Below, piece after piece: positions 9,357 to 19,884 of a stretch of DNA of 64,000 bases (within the stretch, counting starts at the first letter, position 1; each line of letters opens with the position of its first letter). The stretch is taken from contig JBEDTP010000030.1 in NCBI GenBank assembly GCA_040119075.1, forward strand, positions 1,982 through 65,981. The letters are read 5' to 3'. Both the position numbers and the translations under genes were made by a program. The stretch is from Flavobacterium sp. (GTDB taxonomy: Bacteria > Bacteroidota > Bacteroidia > Flavobacteriales > Flavobacteriaceae). The notes under the pieces were generated by a model, which did not search any database, was not told the DNA's origin, and worked only from the letters and a program-made list of their open reading frames with translations.

Positions 9357-11459
9357 TTATTTCAATTCTCTAATTCCCATGTTGTACAAAGTAAATACTT
9401 GCATGTCTACAAATTCTTGTATCGTTGCCGCAACTGACTTTCCTGCTCCGTGACCAGCATTAACATCAATACGAATTAATGTTGGGTTAGATCCCGTTTG
9501 TTTCGCCTGTAATTCAGCTGCAAATTTAAAACTATGCGCAGGAACTACTCTGTCATCATGATCTCCAGTAGTAACCATAGTTGCAGGATATTTTGTACCT
9601 GTTTTTACATTATGTACTGGTGAATACCCTTTCAAGTAATCAAACATTTCTTTGCTTTGTTCGCTTGTTCCATAATCGTATGCCCAACCTGCGCCAGCTG
9701 TAAATGTATGGTAACGTAACATGTCTAAAACACCAACACCTGGCAATGCTACTTTCATTAAATCGGGTCTTTGTGTCATCGTTGCACCAACTAATAATCC
9801 TCCGTTTGAACGACCAGAAATCGCTAAATAATCAGATGAGGTATATTTCTCTGCTATTAAATATTCCGCTGCAGCGATAAAATCATCAAATACATTTTGT
9901 TTTTGCATTTGTGTTCCTGCATTATGCCATTTTTTACCATATTCACCACCACCACGCAAATTGGCAACAGCATAAATCCCACCGTTTTCTATCCAAACTG
10001 CATTTGCAATACTAAAACTTGGTGTTAAACTAACATTGAAACCACCATAACCGTATAGCATTGTTGGATTTTTCCCGTTTAATTCCGTTCCTTTTTTATA
10101 GGTAATAATCATTGGAATTTTTGTACCATCTTTCGACGTATAAAAAACTTGTTTCGACTCGTAGTCTTCCCCATTGAAATCGACATTTGGTTTTTGGTAC
10201 ACTTTTGAGTTTCCTGTTTTTGGATCAAATGCATAAATTGTTCCAGGTGTAATATAATTGGTAAACGAATAATACAAAGTCGTTTCTTCTTTTTTACCAC
10301 CAAAACCTCCAGCAGAGCCAACACCTGGCAATTGAATGGTTCTAATTAATTTTCCGTTATAATCATATTGTTTTACTTGCGATACAGCATCAATCATGTA
10401 TTCAGCAAAAATAGAACCACCTCCAGTTGAAGCCGATAATACATTTTCTGTTTCTGGAATGAAATCTACCCAATTTTCCTGACTTGGATTCTTCAAATCA
10501 AAAGTTACTATACGTTTGTTTGGTGCTTTATAATTAGTAGACAAGTAAAATTTTGTTCCTACATTGTCTAAAACATTATTATCATTGTCAAAATTATTAA
10601 CGATGTTTACAATTGGTCCGTTTTTAGCTAAATCTTTATAATATAGTTCGTTTCCAGAAGTTGAAGTAGCTCCCGAAATGATTAAATAGTTTTCATCTTC
10701 AGTAACATAACCACCAACATATCTTCTTTTTTCGTTTAACCCGAAAATAATTTTATCTTCTTTTTGAGCAGTATTCAATTTGTGAAAATACAGTTTATGT
10801 TGGTCTGTTTTTGCAGAAAGTTCGCTTCCTTTTGGTTTGTCGTAACTTGAATAATAAAAACCTTCATTTTTGTACCAAGAAACACCACTAAATTTAATAT
10901 CTACAATTGTATCGCCAATAACTTCTTTAGTTGCAGCTTTCATTACAATAACTTTTCTCCAATCGCTTCCGCCTTCAGAAATAGCATAAGCAACAAGTGA
11001 ACCGTCTTTTGAGAAGTTCAATCCGCCAAGAGAAGTTGTTCCATCTTTAGAAAATTTATTTGGATCTAAAAAAACTTCTTCTTTTCCTTGAGCGTCTTTT
11101 CTATACACAACCGATTGATTTTGTAATCCATTGTTTTTGTAATAATAGGTGAATTTCCCTTCTTTAAATGGCGCTGAAATTTTTTCGTAATTCCATAATT
11201 TCTCCATTCTAGATTTTAATGTATTTCTGTAAGGAATGTTTTCTAAATACTCAAAAGTAACTTCGTTTTGTGCTTTTACCCAAGCCTCAGTTTCTGCACT
11301 TCTATCGTCTTCTAACCATCGGTAAGGGTCGTTTATATGTTCTCCAAAATACACATCAACATGATCAGTTTTTTTGGTTATAGGATATTTGTTATTTGTT
11401 TGTGCGCTCATAGTTAAAGTGCAAACAATTGTTGCTATTGTTATTGTTTTTTTCATCAT
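9357..11459 (-). CDS. Prolyl oligopeptidase (S9A)
   Basis: DPYRWLED, YGYGGF, GRSNGG nucleophile, HDDRV, AGHGAG; signal peptide. Confidence 0.96.
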   Translation of the reverse strand: MMKKTITIATIVCTLTMSAQTNNKYPITKKTDHVDVYFGEHINDPYRWLEDDRSAETEAWVKAQNEVTFEYLENIPYRNTLKSRMEKLWNYEKISAPFKEGKFTYYYKNNGLQNQSVVYRKDAQGKEEVFLDPNKFSKDGTTSLGGLNFSKDGSLVAYAISEGGSDWRKVIVMKAATKEVIGDTIVDIKFSGVSWYKNEGFYYSSYDKPKGSELSAKTDQHKLYFHKLNTAQKEDKIIFGLNEKRRYVGGYVTEDENYLIISGATSTSGNELYYKDLAKNGPIVNIVNNFDNDNNVLDNVGTKFYLSTNYKAPNKRIVTFDLKNPSQENWVDFIPETENVLSASTGGGSIFAEYMIDAVSQVKQYDYNGKLIRTIQLPGVGSAGGFGGKKEETTLYYSFTNYITPGTIYAFDPKTGNSKVYQKPNVDFNGEDYESKQVFYTSKDGTKIPMIITYKKGTELNGKNPTMLYGYGGFNVSLTPSFSIANAVWIENGGIYAVANLRGGGEYGKKWHNAGTQMQKQNVFDDFIAAAEYLIAEKYTSSDYLAISGRSNGGLLVGATMTQRPDLMKVALPGVGVLDMLRYHTFTAGAGWAYDYGTSEQSKEMFDYLKGYSPVHNVKTGTKYPATMVTTGDHDDRVVPAHSFKFAAELQAKQTGSNPTLIRIDVNAGHGAGKSVAATIQEFVDMQVFTLYNMGIRELK

Positions 11460-11512
11460 TAGTTTTTTCGGTTCCAACAAAAATAAGAAATTGATAGTAA
11501 AGCAGTTGTTAA

Positions 11513-13714
11513 TTAAAAATCAAAATTTATCCCTAGAACAATATTTCGACCCATATTTGGAATACCATCATTTTTTAATCGTGATAAATGAGCAATATAA
11601 TTCTTATCGAACAGGTTGTTTGCATTTAAATAAATATCAATTTTTCGTTTACCAAAATTCATTTCTCCACCAAAACCTAAATTCACCAAAGTATAATTTT
11701 TTGATTGTGTTTCAAAATTACTTGTGTTTTTTTGATTAAACGTATGGTTTATTTGCGCTGAAACATAGTTCTTTTGGAACCAATTAGACAAGTTGAAGTT
11801 CGTTTTTAAATTGTTTTTCCATTGATTAGCAGGAATTAAAGGCAAATAATCTCCATTTTCTTGTTTAGCGGTTACGTTTTCAAAACTACTTGTATAGTGC
11901 AACCAATCTAATGGATGTGGATGAAAATGAATCCCTGCTTCTCCACCAAATAAATAGGCATTATTTTGAACGTAATTATACACATCATTTCCGTCTATAG
12001 TATTTCCATTTGGTTCAATATAAATATAGTTATTTACATGATTGTAAAATCCGTTTACGAAAACTTCAAAATGTTCGCTGTTGTATTCCAAATTTAAATC
12101 GGCTTGAAAATTTTGTTCGTTTTTTAAGTTCGAATTCCCTATTTCATAACGATTACTTCCTTCATGAACTCCATTTGAAGTTAATTCTGATAAATTTGGA
12201 GCTCTAAATCCAGAAGCCAAATTAAAACGAGTTAAGATTTTTTCTGTTAAATTTGTTTTGTACCCTAAAGCAAAATTAAAACTTTCAAATTGTTTATCTA
12301 AAGCTTCAAAATAACCTTCATCTCCTATTGTTCCGAATTCTGAAGTTGTAATTGTTCTTTTATCAAAACGTATTCCAGCTTGAATAGCATTTTTATTCCA
12401 TTCATAATTAGAAGTCATAAAAGCACCAAAATCGTTAATTGTTGCATCAGGAATTAAGCGTTCTTCACCAAAGTTTAAATTGGTTTGATGCATTCCTTGA
12501 ACACCAATGATAGTTTCAATATTTTTTGATTTGGGAAGAAAATATTTAACGTTATAATTGGCCGTTTTCAACTTCATGTGCAAGGCCGTTTCATCAATAG
12601 CTTCTAATTCTTTTCTATTATTGAAAATATAACCCAAATCAGCTTCTAATCTTGAATTTTTAAAATACACTTTTTGGTTTATACTTAAAATATGATTGTC
12701 AATATCTTGCTTGGGAAATAATGGATTTCTAAAACCTGAATTTTCAATATCTTCTTCGGGTAAGCCCAAATTTAAGTTGTTGTAATTGTATCTAAAATCG
12801 GTTGAAAAATGCGAATTTGAATAGCCAATTCCATATTTTAAATCTTTTTCAATAGAACGTGTGTTGATGATTCTATCTCCTGTAGGAACTTTATAATCAG
12901 CTTGAGAATTGTAATTTCCTCTAATTAAAAATTTCCAGTTTCCAGGTGTTGATTTATAACCAAAAGAAGTATTTGTTCCTCGCGTATTACTTGAAAATTG
13001 TTGTAAAAAATTGGCTTCTGATTTTCCAAATTGCGCATATTTTTCTGAATTGAAATAGACAACACCTCCAATTGCATCTGAACCGTATAATAAAGATGCA
13101 GGACCTTTAATGATTTCTACACTTTCAATTCCAGAAGCACTCAATCCAAGTCCGTGTTCTTCGCCAAATTGCTGATTTTCTAATCGAATTCCTTGTGCAT
13201 AAACTAAAACTCTCGACGCGCTTAAACCTCTAATTACAGGTTTACCAATGGAAGTTCCAGTTGAAATTTGACTCACTCCTGGAGTTTCTGCTAACCCATC
13301 CATTAAGGTTACATTTCCATTTTTACGCATTTCTTTAACAGATTGATGTTCGACTTTCATTACATTTTGCGATTGCATTTTATTGAAAGAAGTAGAAACA
13401 ATTACTTCATCTAAATGTTGTTCTTTTTCTTGAAGAATGAAGTTTATTTCTGAACTTAGATTACTGTTTACTTTTTCATTTTTTTGTTCGTAACCTAATA
13501 AGTGAATAACTAGGGTTATTTCGCCTTTTGGAACATTTTCGAAAGAGTAAATTCCAAATTCATTTGTTTCTGTAAAGGCATTATTTTCAGTTATGTGAAT
13601 TACGGCGTTTTGTAGAGGAATATTATCTATAGTTGTTATTTTTCCGGTAAGTTTATTTTGTGAAAAACTTAATATTGATGCAAATAGGATGACTAATTGA
13701 ATTATTTTTTTCAT
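11513..13714 (-). CDS. TonB-dependent receptor (probably metal-related)
   Basis: CarboxypepD-like N-terminal domain, plug KPVIRG...QQFGEEHG...KGPASLLYGSDAIGG, FRAPN..EL..NGVHEG, C-terminal F. Confidence 0.93.
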   Translation of the reverse strand: MKKIIQLVILFASILSFSQNKLTGKITTIDNIPLQNAVIHITENNAFTETNEFGIYSFENVPKGEITLVIHLLGYEQKNEKVNSNLSSEINFILQEKEQHLDEVIVSTSFNKMQSQNVMKVEHQSVKEMRKNGNVTLMDGLAETPGVSQISTGTSIGKPVIRGLSASRVLVYAQGIRLENQQFGEEHGLGLSASGIESVEIIKGPASLLYGSDAIGGVVYFNSEKYAQFGKSEANFLQQFSSNTRGTNTSFGYKSTPGNWKFLIRGNYNSQADYKVPTGDRIINTRSIEKDLKYGIGYSNSHFSTDFRYNYNNLNLGLPEEDIENSGFRNPLFPKQDIDNHILSINQKVYFKNSRLEADLGYIFNNRKELEAIDETALHMKLKTANYNVKYFLPKSKNIETIIGVQGMHQTNLNFGEERLIPDATINDFGAFMTSNYEWNKNAIQAGIRFDKRTITTSEFGTIGDEGYFEALDKQFESFNFALGYKTNLTEKILTRFNLASGFRAPNLSELTSNGVHEGSNRYEIGNSNLKNEQNFQADLNLEYNSEHFEVFVNGFYNHVNNYIYIEPNGNTIDGNDVYNYVQNNAYLFGGEAGIHFHPHPLDWLHYTSSFENVTAKQENGDYLPLIPANQWKNNLKTNFNLSNWFQKNYVSAQINHTFNQKNTSNFETQSKNYTLVNLGFGGEMNFGKRKIDIYLNANNLFDKNYIAHLSRLKNDGIPNMGRNIVLGINFDF

Positions 13715-13739
13715 TCTAGTTTAAATTAATTATATAAAT

Positions 13740-13768
13740 AAGTTGTTACAACTTAAAATAAAGTTGTA
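13740..13768 (-). promoter_or_regulatory. Overlapping inverted/direct repeats between leader ORF and receptor
   Basis: AAGTTGT (13740-46), ACAACTT (13748-54), AAGTTGT (13761-67): the central arm can pair with either flank. Confidence 0.4.
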
Positions 13769-13797
13769 GCTCGTTTTTTGCAAAAGCAAACAATAAA

Positions 13798-14127
13798 TTA
13801 AACTATAAATGGAGGTCCTCTAGGAGAGAATAAACTCTCATAAAATGAGTTGAAATTTTCTTTAACAGAAAACTGATAAGGAATTTCAAAATGAGGTGGG
13901 AAAAAAGAAAAAGTAAAAACCTCTGGAGAAAGAAAACTGGCAAATTTGAATTCACAAACCGGACAATGTTCTTTCTCTAAAAGGTTTTGAGTATAGGTTT
14001 TTTCTGAAGAAACAGATTTTATTTCCTCATGTTTATGGTGTGAAAAAGTATGCAACGATTGATAGCTAACGGCAAATAATACCGAAAGCATCAAAATAAA
14101 ATTTAATATGGCAAACTTTTTCTTCAT
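13798..14127 (-). CDS. DUF2946-like leader protein with His cluster, CxxC and C-terminal RGPP motif
   Basis: N-terminal hydrophobic segment, HTFSHHKH, HCPVC, SPRGPP three residues from the end; upstream of the TonB receptor. Confidence 0.8.
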   Translation of the reverse strand: MKKKFAILNFILMLSVLFAVSYQSLHTFSHHKHEEIKSVSSEKTYTQNLLEKEHCPVCEFKFASFLSPEVFTFSFFPPHFEIPYQFSVKENFNSFYESLFSPRGPPFIV

Positions 14128-14133
14128 TTGTAT

Positions 14134-15123
14134 TTATACCAATTTATTGGCAACTAAATATTCTGCAATTTGTATGGTATTTGTAGCAGCTCCTTTTCTT
14201 AAATTGTCTGCAACAATCCACATGTTTAAAGTGTTTGGTTGGCTTTCATCTCTACGAATTCTCCCTACAAAAACATCATCTTTTCCTTCTGCATATAAAG
14301 GCATTGGATAAGTAAAAGTATCTAAATTATCTTGAATCGTTATACCATCAGTATTGTGTAAAATTTTACGAATATCATTCACTTCAAAATCATTTTCAAA
14401 TTGCACATTAACTGCTTCACTATGTCCACCAACAATTGGCACACGTACAGCAGTTGCAGTAACAGCAATGGTTTTGTCATTTAAGATTTTTTGAGTTTCA
14501 CGAACCAATTTCATTTCCTCTTTAGTGTATCCGTTTTCTTCAAAAACATCACATTGTGGAATTGCATTTCTGTGAATTTGGTATTTATAAGCCATTTCAC
14601 CTTTTGTACCTGCATATTCATTTTCTAATTGCTGCACTGCTTTTACCCCAGTTCCAGTAATAGATTGGTACGTAGAAACAACAATTCTTTTCACTTTGTA
14701 TTTAGCGTGTAATGGCGCTAATGTTAGTACCATTTGAATAGTTGAACAGTTTGGATTTGCAATAATTTTATCTTCTTTGGTTAATGAAGAAGCATTAATT
14801 TCAGGAACTACTAATTTTTTGGCAGTATCCATTCTCCAAGCAGAAGAATTATCAATAACGGTTGTACCCACTGCTGCAAATTTTGGAGCCCATTCTAATG
14901 AAGTTTCTCCACCAGCAGAAAACAAAGCAATATCTGGACGCATTTCTACAGCTGTCTGTAAGCCAACTACCGTATAGGATTTTCCGTTCCATTCTAGTTC
15001 CTTTCCAACTGATTTCTCAGAAGCAACAGGGATTAATTCTGTTACTGGAAAATTTCTTTCTGCTAATACTTTTAACATAATTTCTCCAACCATTCCGGTT
15101 GCGCCTACTACTGCTACTTTCAT
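14134..15123 (-). CDS. asd: Aspartate-semialdehyde dehydrogenase
   Basis: VGATGMVG, IDNSSAWRM, ANPNCST, VRVP..GHSE, DNLRKGAA. Confidence 0.97.
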   Translation of the reverse strand: MKVAVVGATGMVGEIMLKVLAERNFPVTELIPVASEKSVGKELEWNGKSYTVVGLQTAVEMRPDIALFSAGGETSLEWAPKFAAVGTTVIDNSSAWRMDTAKKLVVPEINASSLTKEDKIIANPNCSTIQMVLTLAPLHAKYKVKRIVVSTYQSITGTGVKAVQQLENEYAGTKGEMAYKYQIHRNAIPQCDVFEENGYTKEEMKLVRETQKILNDKTIAVTATAVRVPIVGGHSEAVNVQFENDFEVNDIRKILHNTDGITIQDNLDTFTYPMPLYAEGKDDVFVGRIRRDESQPNTLNMWIVADNLRKGAATNTIQIAEYLVANKLV

Positions 15124-15203
15124 TATTTATGAATTTGGAATACAAAAATATAGAATATTATTTGGAATAATGATACTTCATTAATTTTTCACAAAACTTT
15201 ATT

Positions 15204-15236
15204 AAAAAGAAAAATCCCGCTTATAAAACGGGATTT
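15204..15236 (-). terminator. Terminator of mscL
   Basis: AAATCCCG...CGGGATTT hairpin with an A-tract on + (U-tract on -). Confidence 0.75.
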
Positions 15237-15264
15237 AGTTATAATATATAATGTAGCGATGTGA

Positions 15265-15672
15265 CTATTTTTTTAATAAATCTCTAATTTCTGCTAATAA
15301 ATCTTCTTGAGTTGGACCTGAAGGTGCAGGAGCCTCTTCTACAACTGGTTTTTTAGTTTTATTGTATGCTTTAACAATTATAAACATTACAAGTCCAACA
15401 ATTACTAAGTTTACCAATGTGTTTACCCAAGCACCATAACGAATGGCAACTTCAGCAACTTCAGCAACTCCTTCAGAAGCTGCTACGGCTTCAGTTAAGA
15501 TTACTTTTTTGTCAGCAAAATCAACACCGCCACTAAAGTAACCTACAAATGGCATAACAATATCATTTACAAACCCATTTACAACTCCGCCTACGGCACC
15601 AGCCATAATTACTGCAACAGCAAACTCAACTACGTTTCCTGTCATAATAAAATTCTTGAATTCTTTTAACAT
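15265..15672 (-). CDS. mscL: Large-conductance mechanosensitive channel
   Basis: MLKEFKNFIMTGNVVEFAVAVI, DIVMP, LLAEIRDLL. Confidence 0.96.
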   Translation of the reverse strand: MLKEFKNFIMTGNVVEFAVAVIMAGAVGGVVNGFVNDIVMPFVGYFSGGVDFADKKVILTEAVAASEGVAEVAEVAIRYGAWVNTLVNLVIVGLVMFIIVKAYNKTKKPVVEEAPAPSGPTQEDLLAEIRDLLKK

Positions 15673-15730
15673 ATTTATCTAATTTAATTGGTTAATTAAT
15701 TACGAATTTAATTAAAAATTTAACAATTAG

Positions 15731-18172
15731 TTAGTTTTTATAAAATATTCTCTTCACTCTTTGAGAAATACCAGTTAAAATCTCATAAGAAATAGTATTT
15801 GTTTTTTCTGCGATTTCATTTACGGTTAATTGCTCGCCAAAAATAATGACTTCATCTCCTGCATTACAATTTATTTCAGTTACATCAACCATAAGCATGT
15901 CCATGCAAATATTTCCCAGAATAGGAGCTTTTTGATTGTGAACTAAAATATGACCAACACCATTTCCCCAAGATCGTCTAATTCCATCTGCGTAACCTAT
16001 AGGGATTGTAGCCACTTTAATAGTTTTTTCAACAATATATTTTCGGCTATAGCCAATACTTTCTTCTTTTTCAACCGTTCTAATTTGAGAAATAATACTT
16101 TTTAAAGTACTAACATTTTGTAAATGATTGTTTTCTAAAGTTGAATTTCCTGCACCATAGAGTCCAACGCCTAAACGAACCATTTCCAGTTGATAATGCG
16201 GATAATTAAAAATGCCTGAAGTATTTAAAATATGTCGGATTGGTTTTTTTTGTAAAGAACCAGAAATTTCTTCGTAGAAACTTTGAAGCCTATTAAATTG
16301 CAATTCAGTAAATTCCTTAAATGTAAGATCATCTGAAGCAGCTAAATGCGAAAAAATACTTTTAACTTCAATAAAGTTATTGTTTTTTAAAAGTATTTTT
16401 AATTCAGTTAAATCATGTGATTCAAAACCCAATCGATGCATTCCAGTGTCTACTTTTAAATGAATAGGATAGGAAGTTATGTTTTGCTGCTTAGCTACTT
16501 TTAAAAACGCTTGTAAGCCAGTTAATGAATATATTTCGGGCTCTAAATCGTAGGCAATCATTGCGTGAAAACTACTGTTTTCTGGATTTAAAACCATTAT
16601 TGGGATTTTAATTCCTGCTTTTCTCAACGAAATTCCTTCATCGGCAAAAGCAACACCTAAATAGTCCACATTATTGTGTTCTAAAAGCTTTGCAATTTCA
16701 TATCCGCCATTTCCATAACCAAAAGCTTTTACCATAACCATTATTTTGGTTTTAGGAGACAATTTCGATTTGTAAAAATTTAGATTATGACTTAAAGCAT
16801 CCAAATTAATTTCTAAAACCGTTTCGTGATTTTTTTCTTCTAAAACAACCACAATTTCATCAAAATAAAAATTTCGAGCGCCTTTAATTAAAATGGTTTC
16901 GTTTTCAAATGAATTGAGATTAAACTGCTTTAAAAAGTCATTTGTGTTTGGAAATGAAATTACATTTGGCAACTCGTTTAAATAACTACTTATGGTTTCG
17001 CCAATTGCAATTATTCTATCTATTTTATTATCTTGAATGGCACTTGCAACTTTCTGATACAATTCGTCTAATGGTAAGCCACCTTGAAAAACATCCGAAA
17101 GAATAATTGTTTTCTTGCTGTGAAGTTTCTGTTGCTCTAAAAAGTCTAAAGCAATTTGTAACGATTGATAATCTGATGAATAAGAATCGTCAATTAACAA
17201 ACAGTTATTGATTCCTTTTTTTGCCTGCAAACGAAGTTCAATAGGGTATAATTGCCCAACCCTTTCATGAATATCATTTGTGCTGTAATTTAAATACAAC
17301 ATTGAAACAATACAGGTTGTTGCATTCTTTATAGAGGCATCATCATTAAAAGGAATTGAAACCTTAAAATCATGGTTCTTTCCAGTGACATGTATTTCTG
17401 TAAGTTTATTGCTTTTTGTGTTTTTATATAAAAAGTAATCAGCTTCTTTATCGTCAAAACTCCAAGTAATTGTAGGGCAATTGATAAAAGATTCTACTTC
17501 TGTATTCTTCTCTAAAATGACAATTTCACAACTTTTGAAAAGAGCTGTTTTTTCTTCTATTTTTTCCGTAATACTTGCAAAACTATCCTCATGCGCATGG
17601 CCTAAATGAGTAAAAACACCAATAGTAGGTTGAATAATTTCTTGCAATTTTTGCATTTCTCCTTTCTGAGAAATTCCGGCTTCAAATATTCCTAAATTAT
17701 GATTTTCGTTGATTCCAAAAATTGATAATGGAACTCCTACTTGCGAATTATAACTTTTCGGACTTCTTACAATTTTAAAATCGGGACTTAAAAGAAAATT
17801 AAGCCATTCTTTTACAATTGTCTTTCCGTTGCTGCCTGTTATTCCTATTGTAGGAAACTCAAATAAATTACGATAATAAATTGCTGTTTTTTGAAGTGCT
17901 TTTAACGTATTTTTTACTACAATAAAATGCGCTTTTCCTTTTAAATGCGTTGGAATGTGCTCTACAACAAAAAACGCAACACCTTTTTTAATAAGTTGCT
18001 CAATATATTGGTGTCCGTCGTGATTACTTCCTTTTAAAGCAAAGAATAAAGTTCCGTTATTGTTTTGCAACGAACGGCTGTCAATAGAAATATTTTCGAC
18101 ATTAAAATCAGGAAACGTTTCTTGGTTTTTAATATCTAAAGTTGATATTATGTTTTGTAAAGTGTAATTCAA
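15731..18172 (-). CDS. alr: Bifunctional MurF ligase / alanine racemase
   Basis: SIDSR, GITGSNGKT and DDSY (Mur ligase), then MVKAFGYG, HLKVDTGMHRLG, IGYADG and ICMD (Alr). Confidence 0.95.
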   Translation of the reverse strand: MNYTLQNIISTLDIKNQETFPDFNVENISIDSRSLQNNNGTLFFALKGSNHDGHQYIEQLIKKGVAFFVVEHIPTHLKGKAHFIVVKNTLKALQKTAIYYRNLFEFPTIGITGSNGKTIVKEWLNFLLSPDFKIVRSPKSYNSQVGVPLSIFGINENHNLGIFEAGISQKGEMQKLQEIIQPTIGVFTHLGHAHEDSFASITEKIEEKTALFKSCEIVILEKNTEVESFINCPTITWSFDDKEADYFLYKNTKSNKLTEIHVTGKNHDFKVSIPFNDDASIKNATTCIVSMLYLNYSTNDIHERVGQLYPIELRLQAKKGINNCLLIDDSYSSDYQSLQIALDFLEQQKLHSKKTIILSDVFQGGLPLDELYQKVASAIQDNKIDRIIAIGETISSYLNELPNVISFPNTNDFLKQFNLNSFENETILIKGARNFYFDEIVVVLEEKNHETVLEINLDALSHNLNFYKSKLSPKTKIMVMVKAFGYGNGGYEIAKLLEHNNVDYLGVAFADEGISLRKAGIKIPIMVLNPENSSFHAMIAYDLEPEIYSLTGLQAFLKVAKQQNITSYPIHLKVDTGMHRLGFESHDLTELKILLKNNNFIEVKSIFSHLAASDDLTFKEFTELQFNRLQSFYEEISGSLQKKPIRHILNTSGIFNYPHYQLEMVRLGVGLYGAGNSTLENNHLQNVSTLKSIISQIRTVEKEESIGYSRKYIVEKTIKVATIPIGYADGIRRSWGNGVGHILVHNQKAPILGNICMDMLMVDVTEINCNAGDEVIIFGEQLTVNEIAEKTNTISYEILTGISQRVKRIFYKN

Positions 18173-18177
18173 AGGAA

Positions 18178-18768
18178 TTATTTTTCTAAGTTTTCTCTAA
18201 TCGCTTTATAATAGGCAGCTCTGCTTAATGGTTCGTATTCCTCTGTTTCACCAAGCATTACTAATTTATCGTTTTCTGACTTTCTAAAACTATAATTTGC
18301 CAAATTTCCCGTACGAGTACAAACCGCATGAACTTTAGTAACATATTCGGCAGTTGCCATAAGTGCAGGCATTGGCCCAAAAGGATTCCCTTTAAAGTCC
18401 ATGTCTAAACCTGCAACGATTACTCGTATTCCACTATTGGCTAAGTCGTTACAAACCGCAACAATTTCATCATCAAAAAATTGAGCCTCATCAATACCTA
18501 CCACGTCACAACCTTGGGCAAGAATTCGTATATTTTCTGCAGCTGGAACTGGCGTAGAGCGAATTTCATTTTTATTATGAGAAACGACCATTTCATCATC
18601 ATAACGAGTATCTACGGCCGGTTTAAAAATTTCTACTTTTTGTTTAGCAAATTGCGCTCTTTTTAAACGACGAATAAGTTCTTCTGTTTTTCCAGAAAAC
18701 ATTGAGCCGCAGATCACTTCTATCCAACCAAATTGTTCGTGTTGATTTACTGTATTTTCAAGAAACAT
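18178..18768 (-). CDS. tdk: Thymidine kinase
   Basis: [30 protein letters not shown]; start at ATG 18768. Confidence 0.96.
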   Translation of the reverse strand: MFLENTVNQHEQFGWIEVICGSMFSGKTEELIRRLKRAQFAKQKVEIFKPAVDTRYDDEMVVSHNKNEIRSTPVPAAENIRILAQGCDVVGIDEAQFFDDEIVAVCNDLANSGIRVIVAGLDMDFKGNPFGPMPALMATAEYVTKVHAVCTRTGNLANYSFRKSENDKLVMLGETEEYEPLSRAAYYKAIRENLEK

Positions 18769-18946
18769 TTTGTATATTTCGGTCAATTAATATTATAATC
18801 CACTACTTTTGTAGTCGAAACAAACTTACGTAAATTTACACTAAAGACAAACAATATAAGTTTTTAAGTAAGTTCTTTATTTTCAAGTTTTAAAATAATA
18901 TTTTTACAAGAAATTTATAATTATTCAATTTCTATTCCTTTAAGTT

Positions 18947-19870
18947 ATGAAGAAAAAGTTAGAAGCCGAACTAATCAGCATTGCACACCGAGTTTTGAAG
19001 TTAAAAAACCGTTCTGAAACGGTTCAACTGCATGAAGAGACAAAAAAATTGTACGACCAACTAACGGTTTTGCGTTTTTATGAAGAAAACATTGCTGTTT
19101 CTGAAAAAGAAATTTCTCGTGAAGACTTAGAGCATAAATTGGAAAACCCAAAAGTTTCAAATGCAGTTGAAAATCATAAAAATAAAGAAGAGTATGAAAA
19201 CGTTTTACATGCTTTAGATTTAGATTTGGATTCAGAGCCTGAAATGGACACTTTAGACAATAAGGATATTGTTGGTGAATTTGTCGAAGAAATAGATGAT
19301 GAAGTTGTTGCTGAAGTAGAGGAAGAAGTTATTGAAGAAATGGCTTTGGTTCATGAAGAAGATTTAAAACAACCTCAGTCTGTTTTATTTGAAGATGTTT
19401 TTGGTGGAGATTTCCAAGAACCCGATTTTGTAAAAGTAAATGATGTTCCTGTAGAAGTTGAACAAGTTGCTGAACTAACTTTTGATGCGGTTGAAGATTC
19501 AAAACCAGAAGAAGCGGTTGAAGATTTATTGGAAACAAAAAAAGAGATTGTTGCTGAAGTTAGAGAAGAAATTATAATTGAAAAAGTTCCTGAAGTAGTT
19601 TTTGAAGAACCAAAAACAATGTCGCTTAACGACAGATTAACCAAAGGAATTAATATAGGTTTAAACGATAGAATTGCTTTTGAGAAAAAATTATTTGGCG
19701 GAAGTTCAGATGATTTTAACCGTGTTTTATCGCAATTAAACACATTCGATTCATTTGATGAAGCGCAAGGATTTATCAACGATTTCGTTAAACCAGATTA
19801 TAATAATTGGGATGGAAAAGAAGAGTTCGAAAACCGATTTTTAGAAATAGTAGAAAAAAAATTCAATTAA
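18947..19870 (+). CDS. Hypothetical protein with acidic low-complexity middle
   Basis: 307 aa; folded-looking N- and C-termini (IGLNDRIAF..LF..LSQLNT) around an E/D/V-rich linker. Confidence 0.8.
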   Translation: MKKKLEAELISIAHRVLKLKNRSETVQLHEETKKLYDQLTVLRFYEENIAVSEKEISREDLEHKLENPKVSNAVENHKNKEEYENVLHALDLDLDSEPEMDTLDNKDIVGEFVEEIDDEVVAEVEEEVIEEMALVHEEDLKQPQSVLFEDVFGGDFQEPDFVKVNDVPVEVEQVAELTFDAVEDSKPEEAVEDLLETKKEIVAEVREEIIIEKVPEVVFEEPKTMSLNDRLTKGINIGLNDRIAFEKKLFGGSSDDFNRVLSQLNTFDSFDEAQGFINDFVKPDYNNWDGKEEFENRFLEIVEKKFN

Positions 19871-19884
19871 TTGTAGCTTTTCAC

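Noticed and set aside
15445-15480. 9-bp tandem GCAACTTCA in mscL
   Set aside because: In-frame EVA repeat in the variable periplasmic loop; no sign of phase variation.
15731-18172. MurF-alanine racemase fusion as a novelty
   Set aside because: This fusion is well known in Bacteroidota.
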